Source: Squalus acanthias
Taxonomy: Eukaryota
NCBI GenBank assembly: GCA_030390025.1
Contig: CM059432.1
Location: 14,696,001 to 14,760,000, forward strand
Reading direction: 5' to 3'
Length of the DNA stretch: 64,000 nucleotides
The notes under the pieces were generated by a model. It did no database searches. It had not been told where the DNA came from and saw only the letters and a list, made by a program, of their open reading frames with translations. The stretch's first letter is position 1. Each line of letters starts with the position of its first letter. Of the stretch, positions 38,276 to 49,294 are shown piece after piece. The position numbers and the translations under genes are program-made.

Positions 38276-39767
38276 TAGGGTCAATTTTTACTTGGGGGGG
38301 GGGTGCTGCCCGTTCTGGCGGTGAAGAGGCCGTCGTGATTTAGACGGCCCTGGCCGCATTCAAATTTGCCAGGTGAGTTGCGGACTTTAACCTGGGGGAA
38401 TGTCGGCCGGTTGAGATGCCGGCGGAGGCCCACGGGTAGATGCTGGGGGGCGTCTGTGATACCAAGCTGGGGCGGGGCCAGGCCAGGCCAGGCCGGCAGG
38501 GGCCCAAGGGATGTTGTTGTGCGCAGATTGGCTGGTGCGTTTGCCGACATAACAACAGTAAATGCAACTCAAAAGTAATCTGTTTTTCATGACCTTGTCA
38601 CAAAGATAACCACACATGAGGAAGACCCTCACAATCATCATTCTATAAACCCACAGCACAGCATCTAACTGCCTTTTGAAAGATTCTACAGTTTGATGAC
38701 TCCTGCACACTACCCACAAGATCACTGATCACTCTTTGTATGAAAAAGTGCTGACATCTGTTCTGAACTTGCCTTTTTACTAGGTTGTGCCTATGTCACC
38801 TACACCCTACAATTGTGATTCAATTGAAAACAGTGCTGTAGATTAAACTTTTCTATTGTGCTTAGTACCTTGTAGATCGCTATAATGCCTCCCTTCCTGC
38901 GACTATGCAGGCATGAACCTGCATCCACATGTTCCATAGTGCTTTCTTTTTAGAGCTTTCTATTTATTTAACAGCTGTTTCAGAAGCACATCGATTGAGC
39001 CAATAAAACATCTGCTTGCTGAGGCAGGTAGACTCTCAGGATCTGTGCTAATGAGATGCGTCTGTTGTCTCAATAAAACACCATCATTAACTATGTCTGA
39101 ACAGTAAGATACATCTCACGGGTCTCCCCATGGGGTTGCCAATGGCAAAGTAATCTGTAGAAGCAGCACTCATCTATGGTATGCCCGAGAGACATCAAAA
39201 TAGCTTTTCCTGCTGTTAACCCGAGTCAGAAATAAGTCTACGGTGACGTTAAGGACCGTGCTTGTTTTGTGGTTTACTTGTGGCTCTCTTCATCCACCTG
39301 GTGCAGTGTTAAGCTGCGGTTCTGTGCCTATGATTACATAGACTGAGTGTTTCCAAGCTTGTTTGTGTTTCCACTGTGTTTAAATCATTGGGCGGATTCC
39401 CTGATCCGGTATGCTGGGAGAGCAGGTGTGCAACTGACGGAGGGGGGACCGAGGGACTGGGAATTGGGAGTGGAGGCTCAGGGCCAATTTCATTCAGGCC
39501 TACAATTCCCCGCTCCTCTATTATTAGTGAGCTGAAGTGTTGGCATCCATTTCATGCGTGAGCCTCATTAAGATTCAGATTTGATGTGAAAATATTTGAA
39601 ATGAACTTGACTCGCTGGGATTTATGCCAGCTTTGGTCTTTGCTTCTTGGTGAGCTCGTTTGGAACGGGCACCAGGGAAGTCCCAGTGGTGAAGGAGCTG
39701 AGAAATAGCCGTTGAAAGGGTTTTATTGCAATGTTTGCATTATCTATTTGGTACGGTGTTCTTGGTG

Positions 39768-40881
39768 GGAAATTATAATGAAAATATCGATATGGGGGAA
39801 AAAAAATTGTTGGCCATTCAAAGGAGGTTGATATCAAAGCACTTCAATTTCAAGGTAGACTGGCACAAGATGAAAGAAGTCATGCCAGGCTGATTAGCAG
39901 ATCCCTACCTGCCAATTGCACAGGGCACGTGCTTCAGCTTGCTCCAGGCCAACAGAACAGAGCTTAATCACCAGCGGAAAAGACCCCTGCAGAAAATTTT
40001 CAACATAGTGACTGCACTACTTGATGGTTGGCAAGATCACCAGTGCCCTCAATTGTTATGCTTATGGCTCATTCCTAGCTACTGGTGCAATATCAGGTAC
40101 TGTTGGGATCAGAACGTTGATTGATGTCTTGACCAGCATAGCCAGCACTGTAATCTCTTTTCCCACTGAACACCATGGCACGCATGCCCAATGTTACTAC
40201 TTTGATGCATATATGCCTTTCTCCAATTGCGAGGGGAGAGGTGTCGCTGATGGCTGTCATGTTTCCAACCTGAAGCCCTTGAGTGTGGCAAGGCTTTTGT
40301 TTCATTTTGCTGTGTGCCTTGCTTAAGTACAGGTATGCACGCGATGCAATGAAAGAGCTATAAGGTTGTATGAAAGCTTGGCATGGGTGAGTGGTAAATG
40401 CAGAACAGATTGACAGGCAATAGTTTGCAGCATGTACCTGGTAAATGGTACTGTTGGTTAGTCTTAGCTTGCCAGATCTCTTAAAGCATGCCATCATGTT
40501 CTGGTTATCGGTTTTCAGGTACTGTAGACAGTGTTTAGTCTGGCCACCTGTCTGGCATGGTGTAGTGCTGTCCTCTGGGGAAAGTTCCCCAAGGGCAAGC
40601 CTCCTCACACCCACTTCATGCATCAATATATTCACTTTGCCAATGATCAAAGAGGGGATCAGGGGCTGCACTCTTCTGCCACGTGCCCTTGTGCAAGTGG
40701 CAAGTAGGGATCAGCTAATCAGCCTGGCATGACTTCTTTCATCTTGTACCAGCCTACCATGAAATTGAAGTGCTTTGAAATCAACCTACCTTGAGGAGTG
40801 GGCAAAAATGGCCAACAATTTTTTCCCCCCCAATATCGATATTTTCATTACAATTTCAGTAGTATGGAAAAATTATCCCCC
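39768..40881. mobile_element. Decayed Harbinger derivative with long (~160 bp) inverted arms
   Basis: 39768-39930 is the reverse complement of about 40680-40857. The interior ORF 40021..40326 (KITSALNCYAYGSF...ISFP...GVADGCHV) resembles a Harbinger transposase N-terminus. The minus strand has a weak Myb-like remnant (ILMHEVGVRRLAL...ACFKR). Confidence 0.7.
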
Positions 40882-41289
40882 GATTTCCTTTGCTCCACCA
40901 TTAAAGGCCGTGCCTTCAGCTGCCTAGGCCCTAAGCTCTGTAATTCTCTCTACCTCTCTTTCCTCCTTTAAGTCGCTCCTGAAAATCTACCTCTCTGACC
41001 AAGCTTTTTATGTGGCTCGGTTTGTTTGGCAACACTTCTGTGCAGCGCCTTGGGATGTTTATACAGCATTAAAGGCGCTATATAAATGCAAGCTGTTGTT
41101 GTTAACATGGATTTGTCTTTGTGTTCCTCTATATCTGCCACCACTTGAATTTATATACAACAACAACTTGTATTTATAGAATGCCTTTAACGTAGTAAAA
41201 CGTCCCAAGGCAATGCTTCGAAGGAGTATTAAAAGACAAAAAATTCGACACCGAGCCACATAAGGATATTTTTCATCCATATAACACCT

Positions 41290-41640
41290 CATTATGGCTT
41301 CAGGACATCCAAAAGTGCATCACAACAACCAATAAATTACTTTTGAAGGACAGTCACTGTTCTTATGTAGAGCCCACAAACAGCAAAATAGATGAGTTTG
41401 TTTTTGGCATGGCTGGTTGAGGGAGGATAACAGGAGAACTCCCTCCTCTTCCTTGAACAGTACACTGGGGATCGGTTTTCATCCATACCAGGGCCTTCGT
41501 TTAACAACTCATCTAAAAGATGGCACCTCCAACACTGTCGCACTTCCTCAGTATTGCACTGGAGTGTCTGCTCGAGTCCTGGAGTAGGGCTTGAACACAA
41601 CCCTTTTCTGACCCAGAAGGTGGGCGGCTACCATCTGAGC
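41290..41640 (-). mobile_element. Degraded DeuSINE
   Basis: Reverse complement Deu core (TTTAACAACTCATCTAAAAGATGGCACCTCC) and B-box (GGGCTTGAAC). Confidence 0.75.
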
Positions 41641-41699
41641 TCCCCCTTTATGACCTGAATACAGCCCTGAGCTTTTGAAATCTCCTGTGCGTTCCAAAT

Positions 41700-42150
41700 G
41701 GGCAACACGGTGGCATAGTGGTTAGCACTGGTGCCTCACAGCGCCAGGGACCCGGGTTCGAATCTGGCCCTCGGGTGACTGTCTGTGTGGAGTTTGCACA
41801 TTCTCCCCGTGTCTGCGTGGGTTTCCTCCGGGTGCTCCGGTTTCCTCCCACAGTCCAAAAATGTGCGGGTTAGGTTGATTTGGCTATGATAAATTGACCC
41901 TTAGTGTTAGGGGGGGATTAAATATGTGGGGTTACGGGGATAGGATAGGAAGGGATATGTTAGGGGGAATTAAATACGTGGGGTTACGGGGATGGGGTGG
42001 GATGTGTGTCGGTGCAGGCTCGATGGGGATTCTGTGTGAGAAAGCAGGGACAGGGTACTGGATTTGGATGATCAGCCATGATCGTATTGAATGGTGGAGC
42101 AGGCTCGACGGGCCGAATGGCCTACTCCTGCTCCTAGTTTCTATGTTTCT
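41700..42150 (+). mobile_element. HE1-type V-SINE, full length
   Basis: tRNA head TGGCATAGTGGTTAGC and GGTTCGAATC. V-domain GTGGAGTTTGCACATTCTCCCCGTGTCTGCGTGGGTTTCCTCCGGGTGCTCCGG. HER1/CR1-derived 3' tail. Confidence 0.92.
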
Positions 42151-43004
42151 AATAAAATGATTACATTGTCAGTATCATGTGGATCAGATGAAGAGAGGTG
42201 CAAATGTCATGTTAATGTCTCTTGTTCCCAACAGAAAAAAAAAACATCTTGGTCACAGATTAAATTACAACTTCACCTTGCCATCGCTTTGCTATCCAGC
42301 ACTCGGCAGAAAGGCAGCCCACAGGGGCTTTAATAAATCCTAGCATATCGTGGAAATGGCAACACACTAATGAACAGGTAATTATGTAACTCCCCAGTCT
42401 ATTAAAACCAGATTGCAAGTCTATTACAGCTGATTACATTTGCCAATTTGAGCTGTATTCATTTACATTTGTGCATCAACACTTTGTGTTATAAGGAACT
42501 CGAGAAGAATTTCGAAACAATTAGGTATCATTGAGCTTAACTCCGGGGAAATTCTGCACAGTTGTTTCAAGTGACATTTGTCAGCGAGGATAACAAATTA
42601 ATGTAACCTGCTTCGAATAACTTTCAAGGCCAGCAGGGCTGTCACTTTAGTCTTCTATTCAGACGCTGATGTTGTGACCATATTGTCTGTGCTGTTTTTT
42701 TTTTGTCATTATTCTTTTCCCTCACATTTTTGTGACCTTTTATGTGACAGAAATCTCAAAGTGCACGTTGTCAACTAGGAATTTGAAGTGCAAAAAAAAA
42801 AAAAGAAAATATTGAAGTACAAAGAAAAATACGCAGCAGGTGGTGGAGAGTCCTAAAGAAACATTGATTTTCCTCTCCTCTTTCAGATGCTGATCGACTG
42901 GCATTACCAGCATTTTCTACTTTCATTTTAAATTTCCAGCATTCACAGTTTTTTTTTAGCTCCACCCTTTAATGCTGCCAGTGAAGAAATATGTCAGCAC
43001 CCGG

Positions 43005-43395
43005 AATTGGATTTATTACAGAAGGGCGTTGTGACAATGCTTCGAGTTAATGCACTGTGGCAGCACTCACATTTACTAGAGTGTCGCAGCATCACTCTGT
43101 CAGACTTATTTACAGAGTAACACTGTGACTGGACTGGGATTTATTATAGAGGGATGCTATGGATGTACTCTGATTTATAAAGTGAGACATTAATGCATGA
43201 ACTTAGATTTATCGCACTGACGCTGTGGTTCGACTCGGATCTATTACAGAGTGATGCTGTGGTTGCACTCGGATTATTAGAGTAACACAACGGCTGAACT
43301 GTGATTTATTACCGAGTAATGCTGTGGTTGAACTTGGATTTATTGCAGAGTGACACTATGGATTGACACAGTTAGTACAGAGTGATGCTGTGCCC
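43005..43395. repeat. Degenerate ~34-bp minisatellite, about 10 units (consensus GGATTTATTACAGAGTGATGCTGTGGTTGAACTC)
   Basis: GATTTATTACAGAGT...CTGTGG recurs at roughly 33-35 bp spacing. Confidence 0.8.
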
Positions 43396-45327
43396 GATAT
43401 CCTTACAGTTTTCCATCTGCTTGCTGAGCACAACAAAAGTGGCACACAATATAGTGCCGGTTGTGTCACCATGGTGCCATTATTTTCTCTCCTTTTTCCC
43501 GCCCTCCATGAGTTTGGTGGCTATTACTAGATTACAGTTCTGTATCGATCATTGTCTCCCTCATATGTCACTCCCCATCTCCGTTCCCTTATGTCAGAGG
43601 GGCGTACATTTGAGTATACCTCGCACTCAACTCAGTCATCAATTGCCAGAGCTGCCTTGAACACGTCAAGCATTAATGTGCCTTACTCTCCTCAGCCCAA
43701 AACCACTATTACTCCATGATCATCCTGGAGGGTAGGGAACCACCTTATGCTCCTTTTTACCAATTAGCTCCCGACGTCACTCTCCTCCATCCCATCATCC
43801 TCACTTCAAACACCAAATGTGAGGAGCTCCCATTTTTGGCCCTAAGATTGAGACCATTCATGTAGTTGTCTCTACCACTTCCTCCCCCTCCGTTAGCTCC
43901 CAGTATCCAACAACCTTCTGTCTCCCAGCCTCTCTTGCCCTGAACCCTTGTCTTTCTGCATCTCTCCCCTTGCCCATCTTCTGCTCTCTCAATCACCTCC
44001 CCACACACTTCCTGGCACCCACAATGATTATCAATTTTCCGTCCCCGTACCTTTCCCTTTCAAAACCGTCACTACTCAATCTTCAACAAAAACACCTGTG
44101 ACCAATCTGTTCGCTCCACTAATGTCCAACCTCCTTTCCTCTCTAAGGTTCTCAAAGATCTCATAGGCTCCCGCGTCCACTTCTCCTGCAACTTCTTGTT
44201 CGATTCCGTCCAGTCCAGCAGTGACTTCATCCCCCTCCCTGACCACTGTCAGGGTGAAGCAAGAGGACCCAGCACATCTTACTGCTTAATGCTGCATTTG
44301 TCTTACACCCCTGTCAAAAGGGTTAGCCCGGAGTTCAGTGGCAATGCTCCAAAACAAATGTGAGAGCATCAACTTTAAAAAACAAAACTTGCATTTATAT
44401 AGCACCTTTCACGACCACCGGACATCTCAAAGCGCTTTACAGCCAATGAAGTACTTTTGAAGTGCAGTCACTGTTGTAATGTGGGAAATGCGGCAGGCAA
44501 TTTGCGCACAGCAAGCTCCCACATACAGCAATATGATAATGACCAGATAATCTGTTTTTGTTAAGTTGATTGAGGGATAAATATTGGCCTGGACACCGGG
44601 GCTAACTCCCCTGCTCTTCTTTGAAAGAGTGCCGTGGGATCTTTTACGTCCACCTGAGAGAACAGACGGGGCCTCGGTTTAACGTCTCATCCAAAAAAAC
44701 GGCACCTCCGACAGTGCAGCACTCCCTCAGCCTAGATTTATGTGCTCAAGCCCCTGGAGTGAGGCTTGAACCCATAACTTTCTGACTCAGAGGCAAGGGT
44801 GCTACCCACTTTTTTAAAAAATATATTATTTATTGAACATTAAAAACATTTACAACATCGTGATCATTCCATTGTATCATACAAATCCATTCCGCCGCTC
44901 TGCACAGCCATTCCTCCACCACATATTAAACATCAAAACCTGAAGTTTATTTTGTCTCCCATAACACATACTAATCTATTGTACTTTAAAAATTGACCAG
45001 TAATCATGGCTCCGAAAAAGGGAAGTGGGCCTGATAATCCCATCATTTAATCTCCAGCCCTTCCCTCCTCTCATGCTCCTTCCCAACTTTTCGGGCAGCT
45101 GTTGCTTTCTCCTGCAGCTCGCTCTTTTTCACCTCCTGTTTGAACCTTTCCTGCAGTTTCAGCCTCTTCTTTACATTAGGTTTGGGCCGAGGAGCTGCCC
45201 CTTACTATCCTTTCCCTTTCCACACGATGTCACCCCATCCCCCACTTCCATGTCGCTGTCCCCCTCTGACTCCTCACACTCGAGCTCTTCTGTAACCTCC
45301 CGTCCCTGCTCCCCATCAGATACACTG

Positions 45328-45805
45328 GGCCCGTATTTTCCGATCGGAGGCTTCCTGCGTGCGGAGGCCTCCGATCTGGAAAAAATCTACGGACTTACCC
45401 GAGGGCTCCCGAGGTGCGTGTACTTCCGCTCCTCGGCCTCTCCAACTCGAAATGTGCAGGGCCCACGTATCCCAGAGGCGCAGGCGGTTCGCAAATATCC
45501 CTGGGATCACGTGGGCCATGGGAAGCCAATAGGAATAGGAGAAGGGAATCTCCCTTCATACACTTGACAGATAGACCTGTCAAATATATGAATGGAGATC
45601 ACCCCAAAAACACAGTAAAACATTAAATACATTTTTTTTTTAAATCACATTTTTAAAATGAGTTCAAATTACAATAAATTAAATATTTTAAACAAAAACT
45701 GAATTTTTTTGAAAAGAATACTTAAAGTTTTTTTACAGGGCTAAAAATAAATTTACCGTTTTTAAAGTGTTTTTAAATGATAAATGAGTGAATTTTTAAA
45801 AAAAA
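45328..45805. mobile_element. Truncated copy of the 11857-13420 MITE family
   Basis: Starts GGCCCGTATTTTCCGATCGGAGGC and aligns with 11857-12310. The right TIR is missing. Confidence 0.88.
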
Positions 45806-46160
45806 ACTCGAGAGTCCAGACTAGAGTCGTCGTTGTCTTGTTCACAGATGTGATTTCCAGTTTTAAAAAAAAGTAAAAAGCTTAACTGCAGACTGCAGCA
45901 TTTGACACGTTGGACCCCCTGTGACCCCACCTCATTGTCTTAGCTGTACTCTGCTGTGTCTTTGATGTAATGCCTCCCTGACGGATTGTATCTCTGCAGA
46001 CACATTGTTCTCTGTCTATATATGCTTTGTAACTGATTTGTATTCCCTCACTTTACCTGACGAAGGAGCAGCGCTCCGAAAGCTCGTAATTTCAAATAAA
46101 ACTGTTGGACTATAACCTGGTGTTGTGCGACTTCTCATTTTTGTCCACCCCAGTCCAACA
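45806..46160 (+). mobile_element. Penelope-like terminal fragment (second family)
   Basis: A hammerhead motif is followed by AAATAAAACTGTTGGACTATAACCTGGTGTTG...CCAGTCCAACACCGGC. The left boundary is approximate. Confidence 0.7.
46053..46089 (+). ncRNA. Minimal type I hammerhead ribozyme (Penelope type)
   Basis: UUAC-CUGACGA-A-GGAGC agc GCUCC-GAAAGCUC^GUAA. Stem I is UUAC/GUAA, stem II is a perfect 5 bp, and stem III is the palindrome AGCU. Confidence 0.8.
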
Positions 46161-46704
46161 CCGGCATCTCTGCATCATCTTCAGAATATAGCAGAGATAC
46201 CTCCAAGAACTTATCTCCAACCTTCAAACTCAGTAAAAGTCTTTCCACCTCCTCTCGGCCACTGACCGTTACCTCGAACCCAACATTCGGCTTTGGTCGA
46301 CAAGCAAAGCAGCTTCACTCACCGCAGTCCTCATGTACTGTCTCGATAATATCCCAAGCTCGTATATCCTTATCCTCGCACTGTTTTATTTTCCAAACCT
46401 CCTGGGGTCTCGGCCCAAATCTTTTGGGCCTTTTTTTCTCCCTTCCTCCAACATTTTCTCCCCTGATTAAATTCATCCTGGGAACATTGTCCTCTGAGGG
46501 GCCCGGCACTCCGGGCCCCTCAGCAGCCATCTGACTGCTGTTTAAGGACCAAAAAGGCCCTAATACCTGAAAAAAAAACCTACCACTAACTTTTTACAAA
46601 CTCACTCCAACTCCCTGCAGTAATCAAGCACCCAGCAGCACCTGCTCACTCCTGGCCCCTTCCACCTGGAGAGTGCTACCCACTGAGCCACAGCTGACAC
46701 TAAG

Positions 46705-47450
46705 AAAGAAAAAACAGAGTATTTTCTAAATGGTGAGAAGCTAGGAACTCTGGAGGAGCAGAGAGATGTAGGGCTCCAAGTACAGAAATCACTAAAAGCT
46801 AGCGAACAGGTACAAAAATAATTTAAAGGGCTAGTAAATTTTGGCTTTTATCTCAAGGGAGCTGGAATCCAAAGTGGTTGATGTTATGTTACAGTTGTAT
46901 AAAGCTCGGGTTAGATCCCATCTAGAGTACTGCGTTCAGTTCTGGACATCGCACCTCAGGAAGGATATAACGGGGGAGGAATAGCGCAGATTCACCAGAA
47001 TGATACTGGGCTAAAAGGGTTAAATTAGGAGGACAGGTTGCATGGGCTAGGCTCGTATTACCTTGAGTATAGACGATTAAGGGGTGAACTAATTGAGGTG
47101 TTTAAGATGATTAAAGGAGTTAGGGCCGATAGAGAGAAACTCTTTCCTCTGGTGGGGGAGTCCCGAATAAGGGGGCATAACCTTAAAATTAGAGCTAGGC
47201 TGTTCAGGGATGATGGCAGGAAGCACTTCTTCACACAAAAGGTAGTGGAAATCTGGAACTCTCTCCCCCAAAAAGCTGTTGAGACTGGGGGTCAATTGAA
47301 AATTTGTCAAAACTGAGATTGATAGATTTTTGTTAGGTAAGGGTATTAAGGGTTATGGAATCAAGGCGGGCAGATGGATTTAAGATACAGATCAGTCATG
47401 ATCTAATTGAGTGGTGGAACAGGCTCGAGGGGCCTCCTCCTGTCTTATAA
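46705..47450 (+). mobile_element. CR1 LINE 3' fragment
   Basis: Motifs [20 protein letters not shown] and FFTQKVVEIWNSLP. It ends about 60 bp from the 37-nt exon donor. Confidence 0.88.
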
Positions 47451-47507
47451 TTGTATTCACAAATGGTGGAAGATATATTCCTTAAATAGGTTTATACACA
47501 TGCTTAC

Positions 47508-47544
47508 CTTGTGTGGCGATGTAGTGGTTTGGTCTGTGATAGCC
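47508..47544 (-). CDS. PTPRM: PTPRM-like coding exon (37 nt): GYHRPNHYIATQ(G)
   Basis: Minus strand ttttttctctcttcag|GGC TAT CAC AGA CCA AAC CAC TAC ATC GCC ACA CAA G|gtaagc. It is in frame with both neighbours and is too short to appear in the ORF track. Confidence 0.95.
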
Positions 47545-47739
47545 CTGAAGAGAGAAAAAAAAGCATTTAAATCCCTAAACGACATAATACAGAAATAGAA
47601 AATTCCCCTCAAGAGAGCTTTTATTTGTCCTAGTTTAGTGAAGTGGTTTAAAGAGGGTCAAATAATTGAAACAATTAACTACTCGAAGATTGTGATAATG
47701 CTTCTCTACCAATGAAAATATACAAGGCAACTACACAGA

Positions 47740-48100
47740 ATTACAGCGAACATACAGCATAGAAACAGGCCATTCGGTCCAACAAGTCCATGTTGGTGTT
47801 TATGATCTACTCATGCCTCCTCCCATCCATCCTCATCTAACTCTATCAGCATTACCTTAATTCCCTTCTCCCTCATATGTTTATCTCACTTCCCCTTAAA
47901 TGCGTTTATACTCTTCGCCTCAACTGCTCGCTGTGGTGGCGAGTTCCACATTCTCACCACTCTCTGGTTAAAGAAGTTTCTCCTGAATTCCCTATTTGAT
48001 TTCTTGGTGACTATCTTATATGGATGGCCTCTAGTTTTGCTCTTCCTCACAAGTGGAAACACTCTCTTCTCTGTGTCTACTCTATCAAAACCTTTCACAA
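47740..48100 (-). mobile_element. CR1 LINE 3' fragment
   Basis: ORF 47886..48098 reads KGFDRVDTEK...RGHPYKI...QRVVRMWNS. Confidence 0.85.
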
Positions 48101-48714
48101 TTAATTTTTTTTTTAACCTATTTTTAGTTTATTCAGCAGGCTGAAAATCAGATACTGTCTCAAACACAAACCTCATCAGCATGCAGGTTGAGTGAATGGA
48201 AATGTACGGGGAACTGGGAGAATATTTAGAGTAACAAAGAATTTTTTTAAAAGTAGATTGTTTCCAAATATACTACCTGTATTAAAATTCTGTTTGAAGT
48301 GTCAGCATAAGGACCTCTTTTTAAATACTAAACCAATACAAAAATTAACACAGTTTATTATTTTAAATTAAAAAAAAGAAAGTGCTGGGGCTTCACTAAA
48401 GATTGATCGATATCTGAAAGATAGGTTAGTGCTTTGGTTGTGACTCTTCATCAGGTTTCTAATGCCTGATTCCACCCAAAATGTTGACCTAGCTTTTCTT
48501 TTTTAGATGCTGGTCGAGCGGATACGCATTTTATAGCATTTTCTGTTTTTATCTGATGTGTATTTCCATAATTTGTTTTTATTCATTTCGACTGAATATA
48601 TCAAATTCTGTTTTGATTACCGAGGCTCCAGGATTTATACAGGTGTTTTACTGATTTTATTCCATAAATCCTTGCATTTACAATTAGGGTCTTTGTTTTA
48701 TCGTGACATTGGTT

Positions 48715-49143
48715 TTGAACTGTTACATCTCTAACTTTTTCCAGTTCTGACGGAAGGTCATCGACCCGAAACGGGTGTGATTTTAACCCTACTCGCTCAG
48801 CAGAAACCTGGCGGGTGGGCAGTTAAAATCGCCCTGGCTCTCACCTGTCCGAGAGCCGCCATGATTGCAACATCTGCAATTTTTAACCCGTTCCCCTGAG
48901 CAGGCAGCAGGACACGTGCCCACAGCCAACAGGGCCCTTCTTTACATATGCATGTTGTGGCCCAATGACATTATTGAGACCCCACTGTAATTTTAACTCA
49001 GGCCTGAGCGGGGAATCCAGCTGGCGTTAAAATCGGGGCCAACTTTGTTTCTCTCTCCACAGATGCTGCCTGACCTGTTGAGTATTTCCAGCATTTTCTG
49101 TTTTTATTTCAGATTTCCAGCATCCGCAGTATTTTGCTTTTGT
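48715..49143 (+). mobile_element. Penelope-like fragment (same family as 13927) with its hammerhead broken by a MITE at 48773-49040
   Basis: Reads AGTTCTGACGGAAGGTCATCGACCCGAAAC|insert|AACTTTGTTTCTCTCTCCACAGATGCTGCCTGACC. The insert ends are GGGTGTGATTTTAAC and GTTAAAATCGGGGCC. Confidence 0.8.
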
Positions 49144-49294
49144 AATAGTATCCTGACTACTACGCTGACTGGGACTTTCCAATTCCACACAGACTGGAAA
49201 TCAAACCTGAATCCTTCTAATTCTTTATTGCTTCGTAGCCTCTTGGGTCTTGTTTATTTTTATAAAGGCCAAAAATGTAAGGCCATTTAGTTCT

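Larger units (their letters stand above)
44811..46672 (-). mobile_element. Tx1/L1-clade-like non-LTR element lacking ORF2, with 12-bp TSD
   Basis: TSD GTGCTACCCACT at 44799-44810 and 46673-46684. The minus-strand 3' end has AATAAA and an A-rich tail. An ORF1-like start at 46530 reads MAAEG...IRAWDIIETVHEDCGE, then in a shifted frame ACRPKPNVGFEVTV, resembling fish Tx1 ORF1. An E/K/R-rich C-terminal part lies at about 45025-45325. Confidence 0.7.
44385..46700 (-). mobile_element. DeuSINE split in its tRNA head (body 44385-44810, 5' end 46673-46700)
   Basis: The body is the reverse complement of the DeuSINE seen at 35664. The head GTGTCAGCTGTGGCTCAGTGGGTAGCAC lies at 46700-46673. Confidence 0.9.

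Noticed and set aside
41700..41775. tRNA gene
   Set aside because: The A and B boxes belong to the HE1 SINE head and continue into the V-domain. The same applies to the DeuSINE heads.
43005..43395. CRISPR-like array
   Set aside because: The units are contiguous, degenerate tandem repeats with no unique spacers. The context is a vertebrate intron with no cas genes.
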